Shown one piece after another: positions 49,271 through 64,000 of a stretch of DNA of 64,000 bases. This DNA comes from the human T2T-CHM13v2.0 reference genome, Homo sapiens, in the NCBI RefSeq assembly GCF_009914755.1, contig NC_060935.1, one strand, 5' to 3'. Under the pieces are notes generated by a model, which was given only the letters and a program-made list of their open reading frames with translations, was not told the DNA's origin and ran no database searches. Every line of letters begins with the position of its first letter. Within the stretch, counting starts at the first letter, position 1. The position numbers and the translations under genes are program-made.

Positions 49271-52007
49271 AGCAGAATATTTAAAGTGTATTGAAGGAGT
49301 AAAACTAAGTATATTTTGTGGAACTCTTCTTCCAGTTGTATATTTGTATGACTCTACTGGGTCTTTCTATATTTCCTTCTGTGGGACATGTTTGAAAGAT
49401 AGCGATTGGGAGAAATGATTCTTTTGTAAGAAAGAATTTAGATAGCAATATCCCTCTAAATTGTGGCCAATTCATTGTGTTCTCCTTGAATTAGATTCTT
49501 ATTTAAAAATTATGGTTTGAAACTCTACAGGAAGCACCTTTAAATGAAGACAAGACTGTACAGTTTGGCTGAACTCAACCAAGACTTGACTGTGGAGACC
49601 CACACGTAATGTTGTTCAAGACTAAATCACTAAACCTTTGGCAAAATAATCTATGAATTGACTCCTTTGTTCTGATGAGACTTGTCTTTCTGAAGCCCAT
49701 GGAGCAATCTACCTGTAGGCTCAGGGTAAGCCATGTCATAGCTCCAAAATGTTCCCAGAATTACATGTTTTTCTCTTATTATACCCAGTCTTTAATAAAG
49801 ACTCATTAGAAGTTGCAGACTGGCCTCAACTATGCTGTGGGTGGCTCTGGATAAGATAGGCTGGTTTGCAGGTTTGGGAAGAAATGGCAGAGGGAAGACT
49901 AGCCACAGCAGGGAAGCAGAAGAAACTTGCAGCAATTAGTCCTGGAGCCTGTCAGTGGAGCAGAAGCAGCCAGAGGCAATCAAGGAGGCAGGAGAGCACC
50001 AGCACTCATTGTTTCCCCTGGAATACCCTGAACTCCATGGAGAAGAGACACTGGTACAGTTGCATTTCTTGCAGCCCAGAAGAATGAGAACTGGAGTCCA
50101 TTATAATTTGACATTAAAGGAAAAAGCATGTCATTTTAAGCTATAAGCTAAAATATCCAGGGGATGCTTGGGTTATGCACAGACTCAGCAACAAACACGT
50201 CCCTGAATAAGAGGTGCCACCCCATCTTACTCCCCATTTGGAGTTCTTTCCATTGGACAAGTTATTTGTAATGAAATTACTGAGTCCAACTACAGAAGCA
50301 TTTTAAAGCCTCTTGATAGATATTTACAAATTTATTTTGCCATTTACAAGAACAAAGTGCATTTTACTTACCAAGCTGTGAGATATTTTCCAATGTTTGG
50401 TTTAAGCATTTTCTCTTGACATTTTAGTCAGAACTGTTCTCATATATCTATGAGCCCTTTGCAAAAATAGTAAGAAAACTTCCAGGTATGTATTTTCTAC
50501 AAATATTTTCCCACATTTTAAATTGATTTTTAATTTTTTGACCATGGAAGTTTTATGATATATGGTCAAACCTATCTAGCATGTTTTTTCTACACCCCTT
50601 TTAAGCCTAGAAAATACACCAGTACCCCCATATGTTTTGCTAGTATTATGCTTATCTTTACCATTGGTTATCTGAGTCATTTTTCAGAGCAAATATTGAC
50701 TAAATTCTTTCTTCCTCATGCCCTTCTCATTCCTTTTCTTTAAGAAACAAAAATTTTAAAGATCTATTTTTAAGTGGTAAAGCTTCTCTCTATCACTTCT
50801 CAAAACTCAATTTATTTTACCTTAAGTGACAGGAAAGATTTACATTCCTATCGTGTTCTTTCTTTCCCTACATAACATTGTTTTTCAAACTGTAATCCTG
50901 GGACAGAACTTCTGCCTATAACTCAGACAAAAGGTTCCATTGTCAAATAACACTGGTTCCATCAATATAAACAGATTTATTTAATGCCATAGTTCTGGAA
51001 ACACTTTCTATGCTAAAGTTCTTTTTGAGTCACCAAGGGGAGGGAAGGTGGAACATACAAGACACAGTCTTCTCCAAAATACTTTATTATGAATTTGTTT
51101 TCTATGTCTACCAGTAACTCACACAGTTGGAGAAGGGCTATCTGAGGCAGGCTACTTTGGGAAAATCCTCCAGTATTTGTGTTATCTTTCTCTCCCTCCA
51201 TCCCAGGCACTCAGGGGCCAAAGAACAAGGAAGGTTGAGATATAGCAAAAAGGACCTAATCCCAAACTAAGGCACTGACTACAGTGGAGTCCCACTTACT
51301 CATTAGTATATTTCCCACAGCTCGCTGGTTTCAAGTATTGGTAGACACAGGCAACATAACAGTTAAGTAAAGAGTGACCACCTCATTTAGCTGACTGCAT
51401 TCCATCTAAAGTCCATTTGGAGCATGTAAAAATGTCACAAGAAACCATCCATGACAAACATGAACCAAAAAAGAAAACACAATATATAAAAATGTAGAGT
51501 CTAGGATGGCAATGTGTGAGTCCAGCATGAGACAATGATTTTAGCGATATAGACCCATGTATTAAGTGCTTATTACATCCCAAAGGATATGTAACATGCT
51601 TAATGACCTATCACCTTGTTAAATTTTCACAGTCTCATCCCAGGTGTGTTTCCATTGTGGCATGTTGTTCTTCGCTTCAAAAGAATCTTTCATCAAGCAC
51701 CTTACTCTTAAACACTTTCCCATAATACCAGAAAAAAATCAACTTCTTATAAACAACATTCTAGGATAAATATTATCCTCAATTTACATACAAGAAGAGA
51801 TTTAAATTAAAACTCATACAGATAATTCACTAGGTATCTGTATTCTTATCTTCATCTTCTGATCCAAGATACAATGGAGAAAGGAGTTTTCATGTCCTAC
51901 ACCTCATTTACTTTTCTGCAAACTGAGAGCATTTGTTATAAAGGGCAGGATACAAATATGAGTTACATTCCGACAAAGAGTTGTTGAGTAAATCAACTTA
52001 AACAAGT

Positions 52008-52593
52008 TTTTTAATTTATCTTTTATTTCTATAGGTTTTTGGGGGAACAGATGGTGTTTGGTCACATGAATAAGTTCTTTTGTGGTGATTTCTGAAATTT
52101 TGGTGGGTGCACCCATCACCCAAGCAGTGTACACTGTACCCAGTGTGTAGTCTTTTATCCCTCGCCCCTTCCCACTCTTTCCCCAGAGTCCCCAAAGTCC
52201 ATTGTATCATTCTTATGCCTTTATGTCCTCACTGCTTAGCTCCCACTTGTGAGTGAGAACATACAAAGTTTGGTTTTCCATTCCTGAATTACTTCACTTA
52301 GAATAATAGCCTCCAATTCTATCCAGGTTGCTGCGAATGCCATTATTTCATTCCTTTTTATGGCTGAGTAGTATTTCATGGTATATAGATACCACATTTT
52401 CTTTATCCACTCATTGATTGATGGGCATTCTGGGTCCATATTTTTGCAATTGCAAATTGTGCTGCTACAAACATGTATCTTTTTTGTGTGATGACTTATT
52501 TTCCTCTGGGTAGATACCTAGTAGTGGGATTGCTGGATCAAATAGCAAATCTACTTTTAGTTCTTTAGGAATTTCTACACTGTTTTCCACAGT
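52008..52593 (-). mobile_element. L1PB 3' end
   Basis: TTTTTGGGGGAACAGATGGTGTTTGG...TGCACCCATCACCCAAGCAGTGTACACTG; ORF2 tail peptide. Confidence 0.88.
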
Positions 52594-55500
52594 CCCTGAA
52601 TGTGTCCCATCTCATCTGATTGCAAAACAGTATTTCTAACAGTTTTGTTATTTGTGGAAAGAAAAATAAAGGTCTTTATTTTTCAACTCATTACTATAGG
52701 AATATAAAACAGAATTCCATATTTATGTACATTTTCTTTTCTCTGTTATGGGAAATCTCAAAGTAAACTAAGAAGTTATAAAGGTATCTTTATAAGTGTT
52801 GGTGATGAAGTGCCTGCTAATAACACAGAAATCAAATTAGTTTACATGCAGCAACATTTAGAGATTGTCATGTGTCAAAAATAATAAATGTTGCAATGAT
52901 AAAATTATTATTGAGCATTTATTATATCTAGGCAAAAAACTAGATACCTACTATTTATTATCTGATTTAAATTATAACAGGATAATAAATGTTGTCTCTG
53001 ATTTTCAGCACAGGTCCCCAAATCAAGGGCAAACTGCTGAGTGTCTGAAGTCAGTGAATTCTAAAGCTAGTATATGGACATCTGCTTGCTAAGGGGATGG
53101 GAGCATCCCATACTGGTTCCTCCACCATTAGTAGATTTGATCATTCACCTCTGAACTCTCTAAGCCTAGAGGAAAAGAATTTGGGAAGAGGAAGTGAAGA
53201 GAACTGGGGGAGAATTTCCTTGGAGAGAATTGTCAATGGCCATTCTTTTCCTTCTACCTAAATCAAGTGACAGAGCCTGCAAAAGGTCCACATTTGGTGG
53301 AAGAGCCTACTCTTCCAGAGCATGGAGGGAACAGGAGGCATCTGTGTCCCCATTAGCCAGATATGGGTCTCATTGAAGTGGGAAGATTCTGTATCATCTT
53401 AAAAAGGAACTCTTTCAAGGCAATCTCCTGGGGGGTGAGATGATCATGGTATAGAAGTCAATGCCAAAAGCTAAGGAACTGCTGGAGGAACCGTAAATGT
53501 CCAGCCCGAGAAGGCACTGGCCTCACAAAAAACTAAAGGGCTGAATTAAGAGGTCAAGCCTTCAGGGGTCGCAGGGGAAGCAGGGACTCTTGTTCTGAGG
53601 AAGCTATGAAAGCATCTCCCAAGAGAAAGAACTAGCAATCATGCATACATTGTTAGAATGTGCTAACACCAGATTCCTACTACTCCAGTCATCTATTTTT
53701 GCTCTCTTTTGCCTCTTCTTTCAATCCTGGCATTCGATCTTGGGCTAGTCACACAGCAACTACATAGTCAGAAATGAAGAACAGCATTAAATGGGGAATC
53801 TGATTTGCCTCCTTTCTCTACTAAAGTCTCCAGAGCCTGAGATGGGGTAGTGAGGGTGATTAATTGCGATAGGGTATACAGCTTGATGTTACAGTGGACT
53901 CAACTTTTTTTTTAATACTTTAAAGAAAATCACTTGTTTCTTACTTCTGAGTGAAAGAAAAAACTATTAGAGCTAGCTATCTACAATGCCAGTAAGTGGA
54001 AGGAAGGTTTAAGATAATAATACCATTTTAAAGGGCCAATTACAAAAAATAATAAAGCTTCTGCTTCAGCTCCTTTGTACTTCAGCTCCTTCAAAAAACT
54101 CAGCGAATTTGGTATTATCCCAAGGTTATAGGTAGAATTAAAAGACAGCCCTAAAACCACAAACTTCAAGTGACAAAATGAGGATTAGAATTCAGTTAGA
54201 CCTAGACTGTCTCAAAACCCAAGCTCTTTCCACACCCATGCTGCCTCCATCTCCCCTTCCGTTATTACATGTTAAAATCTTGCAATGGAACAAATATTGG
54301 GGAATCTGGCACACTTAGGGAAACAATCTAGTTCCAAAATTTTGCTGTTTCATTGAATAAGTTTCATTAGGAAGCAGCAAAATGTGTTTATAGTTTATGT
54401 AGTAATTCCACATCTATTACCTAATTTAATCTTCATAGAAGCCCTATGATGTGGTGGATATTGTCATTACTTCCATTTATCTCATCCTGGACTTGACTGA
54501 CACATCAAAAGTGTAATTACCAGAAATGTATCTTAGATCCACTATCCTGTAAATTCCATGGATGCAGGAGTGATATTCATAGTTTTCACTATCACATGTA
54601 GCACCAGGGTCAGTGCTTGACACATAGAAGCAGCTCGATAATTATTTGTTAAAATAAATTAATGTATGAAGTCTTCCGATTTTAAATCCTATAATTATTT
54701 TTACTATATCACACTTCTTCTCTACCATATCCAACAAATATTCTACTATCTGGGGTAGAAACTTTATGTTACCTAGGAAATTTATTTTCACCCAGGTTCC
54801 AGAAGTCCAAGTGGAACTACCATAAGTACATTTTATGGCAAGCCACATTTTGGATTTTTATAAATGACAAGATAATAAAAAAGATTTTTCCCAAGCCTCC
54901 GTAACTGGCCAATAATCTGGCTAGAATAAATTGATCTCTAAGGCCCTTCCAGCTAAACACGTTATAATTATGTGGGCACTCATTGAGCAATTGTCTGTTT
55001 TCAGAAATTGTGCATTCTGGAATAATCAATAAAAATAGCTCATAATACTTTGTACGTATAATGCACTCTAAAATATAGAAACTTTATTTATTTACCTAGC
55101 CAGTAGAATATGACCTTCAGTGAAAACATTTTAATTATCCTTGCCGGATTCATTTTGGGCAAATAGGTGGAACTAAAAGTCCCTTAAAAACCTTAGGATA
55201 TTTCTGTAACAATTTGGCTATGATTTTAATGTCATCTAGGAAGCTGATTTATTCCTCAGTGAAGCTCTCTCTTTTTTGTCTCTTCATTACAAAATCAAGA
55301 GGTAAAGCTAGGTTGGGAGAGACAAGATAGAATTGGGTAACCATCGTAGGACTCTAAGAGGACATGGAACCCCTGGCATGGGTGCCCACTCTCCTCATGC
55401 TGTGGTGACACATCACTGGGCTACAGACCACAGGGATGCTCAGTACTCATCATGCCCAGGAGTCATGCCAGTCAAATTGAGCTGCATGCATGTGGTCCTT

Positions 55501-56372
55501 TATGATGCTGGAAATCTACTAATCTCACTAGAGCCAGCAGATCTATAAAGGGCCTACTTTCTACTATAACATTTCTCCATACATTCTTGGCTGGGCCATT
55601 ACCAGGTTATAGAAGACATTATCATACACAAGACCAAACCACAAGCTATCAAAGTTCAAAACATCCTCTAAACATCTATCAGAAAATTGAATCATGAGAA
55701 AATACAGAACCGATTTTTTCAGAAGCTCTTTTAGGTATGAAATTCATTAGAGATGCATGCAAGTCTCTTTATTGCCATAAGTAGGCCCAGTGGCCTGCCT
55801 CATTTGTCATACAGTTCAAAAGAGATCTGTCGTCATTCCCAGAGATATGCATAGTTCTTTGTGTCAAGGCCACCCTAAAATCCTGGTGCATACAGCCAAG
55901 AGTTTCATTCCATTCATGAGGCCAACCACAAAATCCCCACATCATTTTTTTTTACAAATTCCTATTGATGGGAGTTAGACATGAGTACAAAACTTATAGC
56001 ACTAAATTTTTATATTCTAATGCCAGGGATTCATCAAAAAAATACATTAGCAGAGTGATTTAAAAATAACAAAAAATAAATAATAAAGTAAAGCTTTTTT
56101 GAAAATAATTGGACCATGAGATGTCTGAGGGAAGTAAAATTAAATGGACCACGAGTTTGAACTGTAATATTGGTATGTTATAGGGAAAAGATTACATATA
56201 GGGCCAAATAAATCCACATGGATTGACTAAATAAGTGAATAATTGGATGGTTGAATGGATAAAGGGATGCTAAACAGCCCCCAAACACTTGCAAGTGTTT
56301 TGGAATCTTAGGAAGCCACACAATTACTCTGTTCTTTTAAATTTTCCTCCCTAATTCCTTCTGGATAAGAAT

Positions 56373-57317
56373 TTAGGCCTTGCAAAACTTCCTCTGAGTG
56401 ACAGTCCTGTGGATGGCATCTTTGACTTCCTTGTTTCTCAAGCTGTAGATAAGTGGGTTCAACATAGGAATCACTGCTGTGTAAAACACAGACACTACTT
56501 TATTGAGATCCAGGGAGAAGGTTGCACTGGGATGTACATAAATAAAGAAAAGGGTACCATACGAGATGAAAACAGCTGTCAGGTGAGAAGAGCAAGTAGA
56601 AAAGGTTTTGCACCTCCCATCAGCAGAGCGGATCCTCAGGATGGCCATGAGGATGTAAATGTAGGAAATCAGGATAGTCAGACCACTGAAGACTCCCACA
56701 GCTCCAGCCACGATGAAAACTGCCAACTTATTGAGCCTGGTATCAGCACATACAAGGGAAAGTAAGGGGGACATATCACAGAAGAAAGGATTGATGACAT
56801 TAGGGCCACAAAAAGGGAGACAAAATGCATTTGTTGTGTGAGTCATGGTATTCATGAGTCCAATGACATAGGGACCCACCACTAGCTGGATGCAGAGCCT
56901 CTGGGACATAGCAACTGAGTATAACAATGGGTTACAGATGGCCACATAGCAGTCATAGGCCATGGACTCCAAGAGGAAACAGTCTGCTGCCACAAAGAAC
57001 CCAAAGAACCACTGCTGCAAAGCACAGCCAAGGAAAGAAATGGCTTTCCTCTTCACAAAGAAGTCAGTGAGCATCTTGGGGCTCACAACTGAGGAGAAGC
57101 AGGTGTCCACAAAGGACAGGTGGCTGAGGAAAAAGTACATGGGTGTGTGAAGGCGGGAATCAATTCGGATGAGGACAATCATTCCCAAGTTTCCAGTTAC
57201 ATTGATGACATAGAAAGTTGTCAGAAAGAGTAGGAAAAGGAAGACCTGCAACTGAGGATTGTAATTCAAGCCTGTGAAAATGAATTAGGTGACCTTTGTG
57301 TAGTTTTCATTAGCCAT
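56373..57317 (-). pseudogene. OR5G1P: OR5G-family pseudogene, full length with a nonsense codon at position 11
   Basis: Reads [20 protein letters not shown] with TAA at 57285-57287; also MAYDC for MAYDR; the rest is open to the stop at 56373; symbol from recalled gene order. Confidence 0.85.
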
Positions 57318-59227
57318 TGACTGGTTCTGCTTTCTACTAGAAGAAGAGCAAAGAATTCACAACAGACTTGATAAATGTGACTTCAAAAATGAGACACAGC
57401 AAAAATATGCCACGAACTTGGTCAAAGTCAAGAATGATATAAATTAGTTACACCATGCAGTCAAACAAAAGTGAGATATACACCAGTGCAAAACAGCAGA
57501 CCTGAAGCTATGACATCTTAAGACTCCATGAAAATCCATCTGTACATAGATGAGAAAACAGAAGAAGCAGCTTTCTCAAGGTCCCATAACTAATTATTGG
57601 CAGAGTTGATTCCTGAATACTTGCCTAATGACTTCTACTTCAGTGACCCTTACCTGAGTCCACCAGGTAGACACACACCTGGTGAAGGGATGCAGGAGGG
57701 TGGGAGTGAGCAAGCTAGAGAGGAAATGAACAGCCACTCATTTCTAGGCCATATGCTGTGCACTTTATGATTACAACCTAAGGCTAAATGCATGTTTTCC
57801 AAGTGCACTGGAGTCCACCTCTTCTGACCCTGAAAAAGTAACTTATCTTCAACTCTGTCATGGGAATAACAATACCTACCATGTAAGTGTTGTGAGGTTT
57901 AAATGAGATGATGCATGCAAAATATCTAGAAGAGTCTTACTAAACATCTAGATAAGTGCTCAATAATTACTACTCATATTATCACATTAGTTAATCCCTC
58001 TAGAAAGCCTGCAAGCTAAATATTTTTTTTAATTTCAAGGAGAAACACTGAAGCTCAACCCTCATTCATAAATCTTGTGACTGGCAGAGGTGAACTTTGA
58101 ACACAGGTCTGTCAAACTTCAAACATGGACCCCATATTTGGACTTCATCCAAAAGGACTATACTCCTTCCTTTTTCACACTTTTTCAATGCTTCCTGTGC
58201 CTTCACAGTTCCTTTGCTCTTAAGAGATCCAAAAGAAAAGAAAAGAATCTGGAAAAAGAGCCCAAATTCTGTATCCTCTGTATATTCTTTTGTCATCCAC
58301 TATAAGGGTGATCTTCAGCTGATCTCTCCAAATCTTAGCTGCTTGATTTATTAAATATAGCAAAAACTCTTGCTCTTTGATCTCTGAGAATTATCATCCA
58401 CTTAAAATGAGAGGATCAAGGTACAAGTGCTCAGAAAACTATTTTATTAGCCTCGAATATTGCAGTTCAATATCATACTTACGATAGGAACTTTTCTTTC
58501 ATTTTTCTAACATGAGATTTATTATTTGACTTTAATAGACCTCCTTTAAGGCCAATAATATACACACTTGGCATGATATCATTTGTTTCAGAGGAATTAA
58601 AAAGACAGATTAGGTGGCCAGTCTAAGTGTTCAACCATCACATTCACCTCTTGCTTAAGCTCCTCCAGGAACACGCTACATTTCAGCCTTTGACTTGAAA
58701 ATCGTCCAGAGCTCTTCACCCTTTCTTTGTCAATCTTCGTTTCTACAACTGCCCAATCCTTCTATCCCTCTAGACACATTTTGGCTTCTCCATTTCTGTT
58801 TTATTCAGTGCTTAGAATAGAATACAGTGGTCCGTAGAGATCAAACCACACAGAGTGAGAGACACAATTGGCTCTCATATTCAGGGCACTAAGGTACCAG
58901 CAACACAACCTACAACAGCTTTCCCTTAGCAAGGAAATCACCTGGGTGTTTTAGGCATCGAATGGGTGGGATTCAGTGCTGTCTTGTCCCATTATAGTAC
59001 TGCTAAAGCATCTCTGTCCCACTTTATAATTATGTGATTATAGTTTGATCTGGTTGCAGAACCTTATCTCTACACACATCATCTCTTCTTAGCTCTTGCT
59101 GAATCATTCGTCAATGACAAGGGTAATGCTGATCTTGCCATGAACCAAATATGTAATCTAGTTGAATTCCACTTGAAAAAATTTACGTTTTCTTGAGCTT
59201 GTTAATAAGCAGATAATTAAAAAGCAG

Positions 59228-59350
59228 AAAATTATTTAAAAGTTCTCAACTCACTTTTTAATGAGTTCCTCCTTATTTAACGATGACGAAAAGAAATTAT
59301 TTAAAAGTTCTCAACTTACATTCTAATGGGCTCCCTCTACTTCAACAACA
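59228..59350. repeat. Diverged tandem duplication, about 65 bp x2
   Basis: AAATTATTTAAAAGTTCTCAACT occurs twice with similar continuation. Confidence 0.8.
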
Positions 59351-60660
59351 AAAGGAACTAAAGTAAAACTAAGCCCTGTCTCAAGTTACAACCCTCCCCT
59401 TCACACAGCTACCTTGACATAGAGAATGGGTCAGAATTTACTTTTGTCATTTGATTTTATTCTTTATCTTCTTCCAAATAAACGTGGAAGACATCAGTGT
59501 AAAACATAATCAGATTCTTTTTCAATTAGATAAATGTTCCCTGAACTAGTTGCATCATTTTTTTTCTTGCTGTTGTTATTGAAGGCACTCTGTCCCCAGA
59601 GTGTGCCATAACTTGGGAATGAGGCTGCTTAAGGGAAAGTGCAATTAAAGTTGTTTTATATTCTAAATAAGTCCAGTAAGATGTTTCTTGATAATTTTGT
59701 GTTTTGTTTCTAACTGGATATAGTGACTCCACTTCTCTCTAGTTCCATACTAAGCAAGGAAACTCCATTTACAAGGTATGTTTTTTAAATTGACATAGCA
59801 CAAGAGAGGGAGGGCCACCAAAGAACCTTAGCTATCTCTGCCCCCCCTCTGTTTTGCATTCATGTCTTGGGAACATGAGCAAAATCTGTAGAAAATGGAT
59901 TTTCCTTAGAAGTAGCATTTAACACATGTTGCTGAAGAAGTTAATTTTCCCACAACTTTGACCAAAACACGTAAAGAGTTTAATTATTGTAAGCTGGAAG
60001 ATGACTTCTGATGATGTATTAATTGATCATTAAACTTCAGCAGATTATATCTAAACAGTTGAAGTATGGTAAAGAATACACATTTCTTGTTGCCAAGAAA
60101 AGAATAAAAACCAGTTCAACAAAACACTTCATGGTTAAGTTTTACCTCCACTGCAAATAGCATTAACCTGACAAAAAAGTCAAAATAGAATTCTGAATTT
60201 TGATTCTAGACAACTACAAGTCTTTCAGCATACAACAGAATGTCCCTACTCTGAGAATTTTGTTTTTGATTTCTTTACATGCTGCCATGTTCTTTAAAGC
60301 ATTTTTTATGAGAGCTAAATTTTTGATGAGTCTGTTGACTATATGCATGCAAAACAAATTTACCTCTCCCCTGAAAACCCTTTAGGTATCACAGCTTAAT
60401 TTTTTTATGTCTAAAATAGTATTAACAGTCATTATTACTAATGATATTAATTTTTACTATGTTTAATATTGTTAAGGATACTGATAATTATTTGACTTTT
60501 CCCCCTTTGGGGGTAGCAGGTTTGATTGTCTTCATACATAAATAATTATTTTATTAACCTTACAATAAAACCATCTCTTCTAGGACTTGTCTAGGTGTGA
60601 GCTTCTTTTTCTTGATTTTTGTCCAGATGTAGTAAAAAATTTAAATCTAAATACGTGACT

Positions 60661-60973
<313 letters not shown>

Positions 60974-61095
60974 TAAATATGTGACCCTTTATTAGCCCAG
61001 GAAACATTCTGTAGCCTTGATCATCCTTTCTGCCCTGATTGTTCTGATTTATCCTAAAAATACACATATTATCTGTTAGGTGAATCTCTATTCTA

Positions 61096-61422
<327 letters not shown>

Positions 61423-62028
61423 TTAAAGCCTCCATGTGGCTTTTATTTCTGCAGCTGCATTGTAATTTCCTTAAAGTTCACAAATCCTCTTCATTATTAC
61501 TTTACTATGATTTTGCCTATAATATTTTGCCTCTTCTTCATGGAAACAAATACATCTGAGATGTTACTAGAATTCTGACTCTATTTACCCTCTCTCTAAT
61601 GGTTGCTTAAAGCACTTTTATTTGAAGAACAGGTAAATGTTTATTCCATGAGGGTATTTGTATTTTCTAACTGTTTTGAAATTGTATTTACTGATTTAAA
61701 TAAGAATCAATATTAATATTTTAATTCTTCCTATGTTGCTTATCACATAATTATTTTAAATTTCTTTATGTACATCTGTGCTGAATAATCTTTATAATCT
61801 ATATTTCTAAGTTTTTGTAAAAATGTATTTTCTGTAGCCACAAAGACAATTTCTAGATAGTGCTTTTCTAGAAGTAAGGGGATAATTACTCATGATTAAA
61901 GTTAAGATGTTAAACTTACAAAACAAACCCATATGTCAAAGAAAAGGCAGATGATTGGCTTTATTTTCAATGTATATGTCTGTGCTTTTAAAAAGTATTT
62001 TCTTCCTTTACCTAAATGATTTTCTGGG

Positions 62029-62385
62029 TGTATCAGTTGGTTTTCACACTGCTGATAAAGACATACCCGAGACTGGATGATTTATAAAGAAAAAGAGGTT
62101 TAATGGACTCACAGTTCCACGTAGCTAAGGAGGCCTCACAATCATTGCAGAAGACAAAAGTCTACATGGCAGCAGGCAAAAGAGCAAATGAGAGAAAAGT
62201 GAAAAGGAAAATGCCTTATAAAACCATCAGATCTTGTGAGACTTATTCACTACCATGAGAACCATATGGGGGAACTTGCCCCCATGATCCAATTACTGCC
62301 ACTGGGTCTCTCCCACAACATATGGGAATTATGGAAGCTACAATTCAATATGAGATTTGGGTGGGGACACAGCCAAACCATATCA
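62029..62385. mobile_element. THE1-family MaLR solo LTR
   Basis: TG...CTGCTGATAAAGACATACCCGAGACTGG...CAGCCAAACCATATCA; 5-bp TSD-like CTGGG/TTGGG. Confidence 0.92.
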
Positions 62386-63604
62386 TTGGGCAAGAAACAG
62401 CTGGCAAAAGAAGGAAAGGTACAAACTATGCCAGGCCTTACCACAGAATATTCACCTTATGCCATCATAGATTTGCACATTTTTAGTTGAAAATGAGGGT
62501 AAAATCAGAAAAAAAGTTATGTTATTAGTTGTTTATGGTAGTATCAGATTGATTCTGAAAACTGTGTTTCAAATTCATGCAATCAATAGCTATAGCAAAA
62601 ATGCTTTATACAATAGCAGATTTTATATTTTACCATCAACATTATATTTGAGAATCAATAAGATAAAACAAGCAGAAAATAATATGAACAGACAAATTGA
62701 CAATATACCTGTTAAGATGGAGATAACTCTAATTCAAAATATTATTATATCAAAATTGCTTCCTTATAGTGGTTGAGGAATCTATAGACATTAATAACAG
62801 AGAAGAGTTAATAGCTCTAGTTACTCTCTGAAGATGAAGGCTTGAGCTGCAAATATGTCCCAAACAAACTAATGAAGATCTATCATTCATAGTCTAAATG
62901 AATATGTGATATGCCTATCCCCTTGATATCTCAGCATTACAAATTATTGCTTTCCCTCACTCCATTGGAAGTAGGCATAGCCGTAAAACTTCCTTTGATC
63001 ATTGCAATTTGAACAGAAGAGGTATGTGTTACTCTTGGGAAGATGCAAAGAAGAGTCCCTATATTCTCTTTCCTCCCAAACTGAGGAGGAAAGTTCCACA
63101 TGATGGAGTGTTCAACTACCTGAAGTCTTTGTGCACGGAATACACCAACATGAAATGAGAATGTACTGTGAGGAAAAAATAAATGTATTTCTTTATTAAA
63201 GTCTCAGAAATTGGAAGATGGTTGGTCATTACGAATAACCTAGAATATTCCAACAGATATCAGATATTTTGAAAATGTTACGGAAACAATATGTAAATCT
63301 GAACTCACTGAAAACACATCACCTCAAGAGTCCATTGTGAAAATACTGAGATTAAAGAAAGACATACCTTTCATTACATGAAAGCTCTGGTTTTTAAAAA
63401 CTTGCCCGTATTTGATTACAGATCTCAATGAAAGTGTAAAGAGGAACTAGGATGCTGACTTTGAGAGTTCCTCAATGAAGTGGCCCAGTGAGTCACTCTA
63501 CCGTGAAACCTAAAATGTACAATCTTCACTCAGATACCCATTCTTTCTAAACAGCCTTAAGTTGCCCCAATATTAAATACAAGCTGACAATTAAGAAGCA
63601 CTAG

Positions 63605-63840
63605 ATTCCCAGGCAAGACGGATGAATAGGAACAGTTCTGGTCTGCAGCTCCCAGCGAGACCAATGCAGAAGGCGGGTGATTTCTGCAATTCCAACTGAG
63701 GTACCCGGCTCATCTCATTGGGACTGGTTAGACAGTGGGTGCAGCCCAGGGAGGGCGATCAGAAACAGGGTGGGGTGTCGCCACACCTGGGAAGCGAAAG
63801 GGGTTGGGGAACTCCCTCCCCTAGCCAAGGAAAGCTGTGA
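63605..63840 (+). mobile_element. Isolated L1PA 5'UTR start (about L1PA7-8 type)
   Basis: GAATAGGAACAG..CTGCAGCTCCCAGCGAGA..GCAGAAGGCGGGTGATTTCTGCA..CCAACTGAGGTACC. Confidence 0.85.
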
Positions 63841-64000
63841 ACATTTCAATAAAGAGAAAGAAGAGCTTGGGAACCAAGCAGAATTTAATTTGACATCTGT
63901 GTCTGCCATTTCCTCCCATGTAGCTTCAGGAAAGTCACTCCACTATTATGAACCTCAGGATTTCTTATCTCTTGAATGAGAATAATTTCTACTTTGCAAA

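Noticed and set aside
55350-55610. Plus frame reading AACMWSFMMLEIY...GPTFYY...ILGWAI, faintly like an adhesion-GPCR TM3-TM4
   Set aside because: Several stops, poor spacing and too little similarity to support without a BLASTX search
56283-56300. Perfect 18-bp palindrome AAACACTTGCAAGTGTTT downstream of the OR5G pseudogene
   Set aside because: Single short occurrence with no supporting context
56373-57269. 298-aa ORF as an intact OR
   Set aside because: The track starts at a TTG; the real ATG at 57317 is followed by an in-frame TAA

Overview
Human (primate) genomic DNA from an olfactory receptor cluster. Recalled protein sequences and gene order point to the chr11q12 OR9G/OR5G block. It contains one intact OR (OR9G4, minus), one full-length open ORF with damaged key motifs (OR9G3P-like, plus), two stop-disrupted OR pseudogenes (OR9G2P-like and OR5G1P-like, minus) and the MIR6128 hairpin. 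Retroelements are dense: an HERV-K LTR5, a roughly 8.7 kb MER4-group ERV1, two young L1PA2/3-type insertions, many Alus including an AluYa5, and MaLR/ERVL LTRs. I found no new multi-gene system. The notable signals are L1-machinery captures of unusual RNAs, readable from poly(A) tails and target-site duplications (TSDs): (1) a TSD-flanked, 5'-inverted retrocopy of a read-through, polyadenylated replication-dependent histone transcript that keeps the stem-loop and downstream element (36131-37312); (2) a spliced GNAS retrocopy with a non-canonical terminal exon after exon 3, probably the truncated N1 isoform, inside an ERV LTR (16915-17568); (3) an OR9G fragment apparently inside an L1 insertion (31024-31593); (4) an L1 3' transduction (5798-5845). 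Gene and repeat subfamily names are from memory and were not database-checked; repeat boundaries are approximate unless TSDs are quoted.
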